DNA from: Camelus ferus
Taxonomy: Eukaryota
Direction: 5' to 3'
Length of the DNA stretch: 64,000 bases
Assembly: GCF_009834535.1 (NCBI RefSeq)
Contig: NC_045705.1
Coordinates: 40,920,001 to 40,984,000 of the forward strand
The position numbers and the translations under genes are program-made. Below, in pieces: positions 26,701-38,700 of this stretch. The notes beneath the pieces were generated by a model that did not search any database, had not been told where the DNA came from, and saw nothing but the letters and a program-made list of their open reading frames with translations. Position 1 is the first letter of the stretch. Each line of letters begins with the position of its first letter.

Positions 26701-29700
26701 CCCAGATAGAGAGGTCATAGATACCCTCAGTATCTCGTTATACACAGGATTCAACGTTTTCTTCACTACAGGTGTTTTCTTCTTGCCCATTTTGCCCTTG
26801 TCTGGTAACAGGTAAGTCTTTATGTATCTAAAAAAAGAGAATTGAACAGACAAGGTCAGAGAAAGGAAAAGTGGTATTTTTACCTGTACTTTAAAAATGC
26901 ATTGGAAGCTGACAGGAATAATTATTTCATGACACTGAGAAAAGCAGGAAGTAATAATTGATCTCACCAACATCTTTAAACATTTAAAGTGATTTCAGTG
27001 GAATTGATCATTTTATATTGTTTTGAAAGTTTTTAAGAAATACTTCCTGAATTCCTTTTTCCCTTTTTCCTTAACTAATGTGGGGGAGAGAGAAGACAAC
27101 AGACCTCTAATGTGGTGCTTAATTCTGTTGGCTATTTTCCTATTCAGAAAAGGCTTTTTATGCTTGCAGAATTAAAAAAAAAGTTATTACTGTCTTTAGA
27201 AAAATAAAAAGCTTAGCACACACTTAATCAGACCAAATTCAATTTTTAAAAAAAGGATACTGAACCCAGTTGTTTTTATAATAAAACAAAGGATTGGCCC
27301 TATGCTAGCAAAATAATTAAGAATCCGACTTCTGCATAGGGATAAGTGGGGAATTCTATTCAACTTTTGTAACTAAATTGAAATGCAATTAAACGTGTGA
27401 TTTCAAAGATGAATTGGTAATTCCCCCTAAAGTTCTGTAGAATATAATTTAAATATGGAAACTACCTGATCTAGAATCTTAACTATTTCTGTACCACTTA
27501 ACATTATGAAATATGCCCCATATGTTCCTAATTTTAGAGAAAGTTTGAGAGCAAAGAGACCAGGGCTCAAGCCCTCATTCCTCATTTTGCTGCTGACCAT
27601 GTGAATTTGTGTAAATAGTGGCTTATCTGTTCTGTTCCTTGTTTCCTTGTCTGTAAAAAGAAGGAATTGGACAAGATGACCCCACAGGTCCCTTCCAACT
27701 TGGAACATTTTGTGCTTCTTTGACATTTCTATAATTAAGTTTGGTGTATGACTTTATAAAGTAAATAAAACAGCATTTTCCCTCAACTTTTCCCCCCCGA
27801 AACATTCCTTTTAAAGCAGTCACACACATACCCTTCCTTCAATTACTTTCTTTCATTCTCATTTCCTACAAGATTAAGAATAACTAAACATACTTACGGG
27901 TCCGAACGCTGTTTTTTAATATCTGCTGCTGCTAAGTCTTTACACTGGGCCACAAAGACATGCAGCTCCTTCAGTGAGTCCACATAGTCAACTGCAAACT
28001 GAATACTTCCTTTCACTTCCAGATTGCCAAAGTCTCCGCTATAAACGCTCATCACACTGCCGCTCACCTGAAAGCACGAGAAAGACGCAGCGTTTGTCTC
28101 TGTCTCATTCTTGAACCCAACACAAGGATCGTGGGTGTAATCCCTGCTTGCCATTATTTCTCTAGCTTGCACACAAAAGCAGTTAATTCAGTATGGCATT
28201 TAAAAAAAAAAGCATACCAACACAGACAACCTGACATGATACACATGACACGACTAGTGTTTTTTAAAAAATTGCCTCTAAGAGACACAGATGAAAAGTG
28301 AAATGCAAAGTTATTTAGATGCTGGCTCATTTCAAAGCAGGGTGATTTTATAGTAGAGGGCATTCAGAGTTCCATTTTTAGGCATGCTTAGAATTTTAAA
28401 TGTTAAAGAAAGAGGATGTGAGAAACCCCAGGCACACAAATCACAGTGACACATTGCTCTATCAAATTTCCAAGGCACTAAAAAGGAATTTTACTGTGTT
28501 ACTCATCCACTGAATCTAAGAAAATGCTTACTGAGCCATACGCTTTTAGAGGTCAGGAAGGGCAGAAAATGGATGATGGATGAAGGACGTTTAAAGCCTT
28601 CCCAAGGCCATACATTTGATTGTTATCAGCAGAAATTCAATTTAAATTGATTTTTTTTTAAGTTTGAGAAATGCAAGAATTTAAGCACAGCTTTATCATT
28701 TCTTCAGCATACCTGGTGAGATATGAGCATGTGTATGTGTATCAGAGAGATAATTGGATCTTTGCGGACATATTTATATTTATTTCTACACACATATTAC
28801 ATGCACAAACAAAACTATCTCACTTTATGAAAGTTCTATGTAAAGTTAAATTCTCAAAATCAAATCTGAGCAACTACATTTAGGGAGCTTTCCTTCGAAA
28901 AGCCTATTCTGAATCCTTCTGTCAGGTAAAGAATTGCCTCTCCTTATACGTGAATCAGTACATTTATTCACCAGAATAAAAGGCGTGCTAAAAGAGAGGT
29001 ACAATTCTATACCTGCAAATAGTATATAAAAACATATCTGATCTAAGCAGACTTTATAATAGTTACCTCATTTGTTGCACAGAAAAATTTAGTGGTTCAT
29101 CTTTTTGGTAATTTAGGTTTATTTTTGAAGTACTTACATCTCCCCAACCCAAAACCACATTTATTTATTTTGGATATGAACTCTCTTATGATTAAAAAAA
29201 GAGAAAAAAGGAAGATTTAGCTAGCTAGAAGTTAATGCTGGGTTAGAAAAAAAGCTTGTGCCCTTGGAATCTGAGAAATACAACAGAAGGCCATTTTACA
29301 GTAACCGAAGCATGGCAGAGCAGANNNNNNNNNNNNNNNNNNNNNNNNNNNNNNNNNNNNNNNNNNNNNNNNNNNNNNNNNNNNNNNNNNNNNNNNNNNN
29401 NNNNNNNNNNNNNNNNNNNNNNNNNNNNNNNNNNNNNNNNNNNNNNNNNNNNNNNNNNNNNNNNNNNNNNNNNNNNNNNNNNNNNNNNNNNNNNNNTACA
29501 CAAAGTTTACATTCAGAATGAGTCAAGATCAAAATCTGTTAGATTTGGGGGTTAGATAAAGATAGTATCTTGGTATCCTACTGATCTATGAAATTTTCCA
29601 AGGTCAAAGGGCACTAATGCTAACTACCAGGGAATGGTATTCAAGATGGGGTGGGTGGTCTGCCTTGGGACCTCACCAAAGAAAGAGAGCAATGCTTAAC

Positions 29701-32700
29701 TACCAAAATAACAGTGATTTTTTTTCCATCTACAAGGTGACTTAAAGGTGCTACAAAAGATAGCACTGCTGTGAGCTTTCTTGTAAGTATTCTCTTAATA
29801 TTATAAATTTATATTGCTTGGAAAACTCTGTGTGTGTGTGTGCATGTGTGTATACACACACACATATATATATGTGTATATATATATATATGAGATTAAC
29901 TTTACCTAGACAATAAAAGGTCTAAGATTTACTATCAGATCATAAAATATCATGCACAATTCCTCTCATTAACATAGCCTCTCATTAACCTTCAGCCTCC
30001 CTAAAAATCAAATTTTTTACTTGAGACACCTAGGGAATCAAATGCTAGTCTGATCTGTGTTTCAACTGTTATATGTATCTATGTATAACTTAGGCATTTC
30101 TGTAGTGCTGTTGTGCTTATCTTTTTGTTGCTATAGGGAAGTATATTAAATTATGCATTCTACTCACACTAAATTTTAACAAATTTTTGAAAAAAAGAAA
30201 AACAAAAACAAGATACTTATTTTAATTATGTCCCAGGAAATATTTCCTGGGTCAAGAAAAAAGTGGCAATAATAAACTTTATTATATTTAGATCTAAAGT
30301 TTATTAGATGGTAGCTTTAAACATTTGTGATTCAGAATGAGCTCTTTTTGGGGTTAGAGAGTTTACGGAGCAGTTCAGTGGCTCCTGGGGTTAGGGAAAC
30401 ACCTTTATGGAGGAGTGGTTAGTTCATGCCAACATATTACAGGGCCATGCAATTACATATCAATGTAACAAATGATCATTCTAATGCAGATTAAGAAAGG
30501 AGTTTAAAAAATATATGATTTATATGGATGAAAAAATCCTTCCTCAAGTTTGAAAAACATCCATATCTTTTTAACATCTCTACCGTCACACTCTCTCCCC
30601 ACATGCTTACAGACCACTTCTATCATAACTGTAATACATTGCACCTAGAACATCAGATCATTAGTGATATTGGAAGGATGGAACCTTGTCCTGATGACCT
30701 GGAACACTGGTTTTCACAAAGCTGGCACTCAACAAATGTGACTGAGGCTAAGCCTCAAAGGGACAGTGGACAAAGGAGCAAGGCCTGATTTCATCCCTAC
30801 TCCCTTTTACATTCAGTCCAACCCCAGGTACTTTGAGAGGTAAAATGATACAGCTTAATTTGGCATCTCTCTTGCACAAACTCAAACGATTTGGACTGTC
30901 TTTTGTATGGAGTTACGAGGGAGCAGGTTAAAACTGAAGGGAAAGAGAAACATAAAAAACCAGGACCTGGTATCATTTGCCTCTCAAATTATTATGTTTC
31001 ATTCATATGATGAACCAAGACCAAAGCATATCTACAAAGGCATAAAACCATAGGAACTCCATGAGGTACTTACTCTGGCTCCCAGCAAATGAGTTTCAAA
31101 GCATGAGTGATTCTTAGGGGGAGGGTATAGCTTAGTGGTAGAATACATGCCTAGCAGGCATGAGGTCCCGAATTCAATCCCTAGTACCTCCATTTAAAAA
31201 TAAATAATAATCTAATGACACCGTCCCCCACAAAAGAAAAAAAGAATGAGTGATTTTTTTCCAAAGGAACTGTAATGTGGGTTTTCAAGCATATGTGAGG
31301 GCTGAATATTTGTAGATGCAGTTCATCTAAGGCTCAAGAGTACACAGGATGCCCAGGAGGTGGGGGAGGAGGGATGTAATTTATATATTGTCCAGAGCTT
31401 TCCTTATATTCCATCTACTAAGAGAATGCTTGAGGATGAAGCTTTTATTTCACCATAAAAATCAGACCAAAACTGCAAACAGTAACAGCTAACGGTAAGG
31501 TACTTACTATGTGTCAGGCATGTGTTTTCCCTGCATTATCTCACTGACTCCTCATAACCCAATGAGGCAGGTACTAGGAAAGCACTTAGGGAAGCTAAGG
31601 AACTTGTCCCTAATACAGCAAATTAGTAGCACAGCCAGGACTGGGAATGTCTAATTCCAAAGCTCAGGCTCCTAACTACCTGGCTGCAAGAACACAGAAT
31701 CTCAGTCAACTCAAAGGACCTGAGTTAAAAATCCTAGCTCTACTTTTTAGTAGCTGTTGGATTAGGGGAAAGTTAATTAACCTCTTTGAGTCTCTCTCTC
31801 TCTCTTTTTTTTTTTAAATGAAGAAAATAGTACCTACCACAGTTTGTTAGTGAGTTGGATATCAGAATGAATATTAAGTGCCTGGTACTTACTAAGTATT
31901 AAATGAATAGTAGATAATAGTCATGTTCTTACTTGAAACAGCAGGTATAGTAGTTAACAGCAAGGGGTTCAGATCTGGGCTCCAGTCCTGGTTCAACCCC
32001 TTTCTAGCTGAGTGAGGTTACCTTGCCTCTCTTAGTCTGTTTCCTTATCTGTAATATCTGGGGATGATGATGGTGCCCACCTCCCAGGGCTGACAATGAT
32101 TAAAGGAGATGATGTATGTAAAGTGCCTACACTCAGTAGATATTCTTAAAGTTTGCTATGTCATTGTTACTTTATTATTTTAACATATGCTTTCAAACGA
32201 GTCATGCTACCTAGACTAAGCTCTCACAAATCAATTGTACTCTAAACTACAGAGGAATTCAAGCCAACATTTTTCTGCCTGGATTTCTTATTTTGTACCC
32301 ACTTTGAAACAAAAGTCACATTCCCAAATCTATGCCACTGACTTCACTACCAAAAAGAGTTACTGTATGAGTCAAATGAGACGTGCCTTGACTTGTTCCA
32401 GGATCAACAACACTACCTCTATTGATATGAGAGGCAAAGGTTGGTCCTGCTGGCCTTTTTGGTCTCTGCCATGGCTGAATATGAACATACCAATCTTGGC
32501 ATAGCAAATCCACCTATTTCGTTCCATTTTTCTGAACGTACAAAAGACAAACTTGCCTCATCTTGGAGAAATGCTGGAACAGACTTGCTCATCCTTTTGA
32601 GTTTGTCAGGGTGGGAAAACTGATTATCAGGTTGTGAAGGCACTGTGGAAACTAAACAGCAGCATTTCCATTCAAAATTATCCTCACAATTGTCAGACAA

Positions 32701-35700
32701 ATACAAGGCATAAGCTGAAAACACACTTTTCTTTCATCTATGAACAGAGATGTTTTTGTAAAATGGTTAAAGGTACAGTAGTTCACATGCACAGGACCAT
32801 AAGGTAGGCAACATGCAGTTTTCATAAACTATACAGAGAAAACAAGAAGGAGTTGAACCAAATAGAAAAACAAAAATTTAAAAACCATTAGTTTTGACTG
32901 GACTTGAGTTGGATTTGAATTATATTAAAATATACTACCAATGGGAATTGGCTTTATTTTTTCATATCAGAGCTTTGAACCACAGGATCTGCACTTTATT
33001 GGTTCATCTCCTTGAGATGTATTTTTAACATGCTGCAGGCTGAAAAACTATTTCATCAGACAGCAAGGATCTTTGTACACAACTCAGTCATAAAAGTATC
33101 CTGGCTATTGATTTGTTTAGTGATTGCTGGGATTACTTCTAAGAGTATTTCTTGACTCAGAATTATGAAAAACTACAACTTCAAAACTAATTGTGTTTTG
33201 AAAATAGAAATTACTTAGATACATGTCAACTCAAAATTTTCAACAGGGGTATCCCAAGGCCAAGTCTGAATGATTCAAGTTGATACTCTAAGAATTTAAT
33301 ATGAAAATATAGCATATGGTTTCTTTCTGATATAGTAAGTATATGTGTGGAAGTCACAATAAGATGATGAATTCTCTTCCTAATTTGTGCAACTCTAGTT
33401 AAAAAACTATTTTCTTCTTTGTCTAAGAATGACAACGTCTAAGTTTTCTTCTAGTGAATCAGAGCTTTTGTATTGAATGTGTTAATACTTTTCAAGGTAC
33501 TTAGAACACTGCCTGGCATATATTAGACCCTATATAAGTATTTGCTAAACAAACATGATAGAAAATCCTTAAGTTATCTTTTCAATGTTATATAAATATA
33601 CTGACTTTTTCACTGAAAGAGATACTAGGAAAACAAATAAAAATCAAATTACATTTCTATATATAACTCAAAAGGCTCAAATTTAGACTTTAAACATTAG
33701 CTAAAGAAATCTAATGAAGGGAAACTGAAAATTGAACTATACATATTAAATATTTGCTTATTCACATAATAGTTCTCACCTAGCTTTAGGCTCACCAATG
33801 TATCAAAATACATTTCTCGTGTCTCACGAGATGATGCCTGCTTTAATCACTTCCCATTAAACAATAACACATGTGTGTATTTGGGTGACTTATGCTGAAG
33901 CGGTATAAGGTTAGGTCCTACAAGGGCACAGTATAGTCCAATGAGCATGCAAAACATTTTTTTATCATAACACTGCTCACTATTATTGTCAAAGTATATA
34001 TCTACTACTCCAATTAGTTAGTTCTACATTTATTGGGCTTTAGTTATTTGTCTTTTGATCATGCACTTCTTTTTGTCTTGTGGTAAGAACATACTCTTCA
34101 CTAGAGAAAAGGAATAATCCCAGTCCAGGCATTAAGAGTCATCTTGGAAAATATCACAAAAAAGAGAGAAATTAATTTATCCAGAATTTAGCACATGATT
34201 AACCTATCTGCCTTGACCAGTAACTAAGCTAATCAAGAGGTCACCAATGAAGATGCATATATTAACATACATCATCTATGTCTCTGTTTTGTTTTCACTT
34301 TTCAGGCTAAATGTTGAACAAAACATAGGAAGATAAAATAAGATGCTCAAATTTAAGTGTCCAGTTGCCAGTTCAAAAGCAACTGGAGAAGCCTTTTTAC
34401 CCAATACCCCTGAGGGACAGAAGTCTTGTTTGCTCTGCAGCAGCCAGACACAAAACACACACCAAGCGCTGAAGCCTGGACTGCCTTTTTTCCTGGGTAG
34501 TTCTTAAGACCTTGTCAGGTCATGTGCCAAAGCTCAGCGCCTTCATCTCTGGCAGGAGAACCTCATGAGCAAAGTTTCAGATTTCAGATGAGATGTCACT
34601 GCCTTCAAGCATCAGCACTTATTCTCTATCTAATGGTTCATTCATTTGGCAGGCTCTTCTAAGAACCATTAGCACATCCAAAGACTGTTGGGAAACTGGT
34701 ATTAAAAATCCTGTGGACTCCTGAAGACAGGTATGTGTATCATTATCTTCATCCTTCCAGTGCCTCGGATTATGAAACTGGCTGAAACAGGGAAGCTAAG
34801 AGGACACACACTACATATCTGTATGCTCTGCTAGTACCCACAAACACTTACTTAATGCACTGTCTGTCCTCAAGACAATAGTCACAGTTAAGGATAGCAA
34901 TCTTAAGATTGAACAGAAAATAGTGAATAATCACCTTTTCTTGGTGGTGGATATTAATTAGTCGATGCACATTAGCTACCACTGTATACATACATTTCTT
35001 TCTTTTTTTAAATTAAAATATAGTTGACATACAATATTATGTTAGTTTCAGATGTACTACCCAATAATTTGACATTTGCATACATTATGAAATGATTACG
35101 ATGGAAAGTCTAGTAACCATCTGTCCCCAGTTACCACAGTATTAGTGACCATATTCCTTATGCTATATATTACATCTCCATGGCTTATTTGTTCAATAAC
35201 TGGAGGCTTGTATCTCTTAATCCCTTTCATCTATTCCCTGCCACCATGCCCACCTGACAGCCACCCTTCTGTTTTCTTTGTCTTTGAGTCTGTTTTTGTN
35301 NNNNNNNNNNNNNNNNNNNNNNNNNNNNNNNNNNNNNNNNNNNNNNNNNNNNNNNNNNNNNNNNNNNNNNNNNNNNNNNNNNNNNNNNNNNNNNNNNNNN
35401 NNNNNNNNNNNNNNNNNNNNNNNNNNNAGATTCAGATATTTACTTGCTTTATATGTTGAACATATACTATTTGAGCCTAGTTTTGAAACTCAGAGCTTAA
35501 ACCCTGGGCATTATAAAATTTGCTTCTATAGATTTGTGGAGAGGCATATACAACCATACTACATACTAATTGCCAAAGTGCAGTCCTTTCCTAGGTCCAC
35601 ATACATTATAAATTACTTCATGTCTATAGTCTTGTGTAAAGGCCATAAAAGATCCACTACTCAAGACCAGACTGCAACATAAAAGCCAAGTGATATTAGA

Positions 35701-38700
35701 AGGTGCGAACTTCATTTTAAGAAAAGACTCAAAGAGCAGAGAGACTGACAAAAGTATACTACTACTCAGCAATAATGTGTGTATATATAATCTATACTTA
35801 TACATAAAAATTAAAAAATACATAACTCTCCCTTGGTGGAATCATGAATTAACCTTTCAACACAGATAGCAGAGAAGTATTCTTAGTAAAACCCTTGTCA
35901 GAATGAAATAGTTTTGTAAGCTGCAAAACTTTAGTACAATAAAAAATGCTGGTATTAATGGGGTTAGTTATTTTAGTACATTTAACACCATGTAGAGTAT
36001 CAACATTTAGTCATTTGTGAGAAGGATCCTGCTACTCACTTCCTGGAATGCATTCATTTGTATCTGGTTCCTGATCTGCTTTTTGATCTACTCAGAAGAG
36101 CAACATTGAGAATAAATACCATTTTAACAGAAAGATTAAAGAGACATGAAAGTAAAACTCAAATGTCAGTTTCGCAAGCTAAGACTGCAGAATACATCTG
36201 ACAGGTTTTCAGCTTGCTTTCGTCCATTCCCCACTGTGACTCTTTCTTTGCCTCTTTAAGGTCTCCTCTTCAACTAAAAATCTAACACAAGCATAGGGGA
36301 TATTCAGCATCTTTTCCTCTCACTCACTGAACCATGGCATGGAGAAAGCAAGGAGCACTGGACTAGGAGTCATGCAGCCGAGATTCCAGTCCCCACCCTC
36401 CTACTGACTAACTACAGGAGCTTCAACAAAAGCACCTAATTTCTCTGAGCTTTTCTTATCTGTAAAATGATGATAAAAATCACTGCCCCACCTACTTCAA
36501 TGAGGTTGCTGTCAACGTAAAATGAGAAAGACAAAACTATTACATAAAAGTAAGGAACGACCTTTGAGGAGCTCATTGCTGCATTTTATACAGGAAAGCT
36601 TAGTTAATATACCTTTTTATTATTATAGTGCAGGCAATTTAGAAAACAAAATCCTAGCACACAAATATAAATTATATTTTGCATAAATGCTGAACCACAA
36701 AAATTAGACTCATTTCCATCCCTCCCCCCACTATTACCCTATTCATTCTGTAATTGATCAAGTAATCCCTGATCCACTGACAAGCTGCAAGACATTGTGA
36801 CTCCTTAACATTCAGAATCAGATAATTTCACCCTCAGCCTATACTTAGTTATTTACATGAGCAGAGGCAGGATCCCCACTCTTGCTCTGTGACCCTTTCC
36901 TTTGAACTTAAATTATTACCAATGATACCTAGAGACCTAAATGTTGAGACTTGAGAATCAAATACAGGAATAACCCAGGAATCCACTCCACTCTCCCTTC
37001 CTTCACAAGGAGTTCTGCAAGTCAGAGTAGCAAAAATCTGCTCATACCCACAGAAATAGAATTTCCTATTTATAGAAACCCTCGCTTCCTAAGGGTCTCT
37101 GATGAGATCCTCAAAACAGTATTACCAGCAGAAACCTTAAGAATACAAACAGTATTAAACACACCAAGTCAGAACCATTTTATAACTTAGGTACCATTCA
37201 TCACATAGTGACAAATGACGTTCTTCTATTTATCTAACAGCTGCATCCCGGTGACTGCCCAAACCACCCCAGAACCTAATACACAGACAGACATGCAAAT
37301 ACATAAAGATATTTACCATCTTCAGCACTACGTACTAATTCTTCTGGCAGATTATCTACTTTTGCTTGATCTGTGCAAGAAAAATTAACAAATGGTTAAC
37401 ACGACTGACCCTTGGCGAGAAAGAACAATGAGAGTGTCCCTGGAAGCCCCCAGAGTTGAAAGCAATTAGTCAAGATGCGGTGAGGGGTGCAACCAAGATG
37501 TCTTCCCCAAAATACTTTCTCTTTAGATTAGCTATTTGAGCCAGAGCCATAGCGGGAGCTCCCATTTCAGCCCCGATGCAGCTTACATCAGCACACTGCT
37601 GCACACGGACTCCCAAGGGTTAGAGGGTTAGCTCAGAGCAAGCAATCGGTCGGCAGCAGGAGAAAGCACGGGGCTGCTACAGCCTCTCTATTCTTCTGGA
37701 AAGGGTAAGATGCTAGCCATGACTAACACCTTCCCAAACCCATGGTCATTAACAAATATTTCTGTGCATACATCATCATTTGTGTNNNNNNNNNNNNNNN
37801 NNNNNNNNNNNNNNNNNNNNNNNNNNNNNNNNNNNNNNNNNNNNNNNNNNNNNNNNNNNNNNNNNNNNNNNNNNNNNNNNNNNNNNNNNNNNNNNNNNNN
37901 NNNNNNNNNNNNNNNNNNNNNNNNNNNNNNNNNNNNNNNNNNNNNNNNNCATTCCTGACTACTTTAAAACTGCACCATGGAAATAGCTCCATGCTTCTTA
38001 AACAAGAGGTTTGCCAAATTGGACAATTGTTGCTGGGCTTTTTTTCCCCTCCTCAGGGCCCATCACTAACATACGGAAGAACAATCAGGGCTATCCAACA
38101 AAGGATTGGACTCGCCTTCTCTGGAAGCATTCAGGCGGATGTGGGGGTTGGCCACCTGTTGAGAAGGCTTTAGAGGGAATTCCTGCATTGGGGGGAGTTT
38201 GGAATGGGTGACCTTCAAGGTTCCTTTCAACCCTGAGATTCCAAGATCTTTAGTAGGGTAAGGACTGCATTTCAAATTGGGACTACTGTCTTCAGAGCTC
38301 TGAAAATCTCTGAATTTTAGGAACTGCTTAGTGGCATGGCTTTTTCTTTTTCTTTTTCTTTTTAAATTCTGACTTTTCAGTCTCAGTTGCAGATGCATAA
38401 AAATATTCTAAACATGACAATGGTCATTTTTTAATCATATGAGTTTGGCAGGGGTTAACTTGCACTCAGTAACTTTTCTCATGACCATCTATAACCCCAG
38501 GGGTGTATCTTAGCTTAAAAATGAAAATAAAATTAAAAAAAACCCTAGAAGTCATAATTTCTAAGTCTGTTTGTCTGGTTCACAGGTCCTTGTATACATT
38601 ATGCTTTACGTCAGAAGAAACCCATCACTGATTAAAGCAGCAACCGCTGCGGAATAGAGTGCCTGAAGTGTTGCATGACAGGTAGTCTTTGGGCTTTTAG

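Noticed and set aside
31117-31190. tRNA-like sequence
   Set aside because: It has an A-rich tail and a TSD and lacks a full cloverleaf, so it is a SINE head rather than a tRNA gene.
37371-37411. Donor-like GG|gtcagt upstream of the 54-nt exon
   Set aside because: The implied intron would be only 39 nt, too short for normal spliceosomal splicing.
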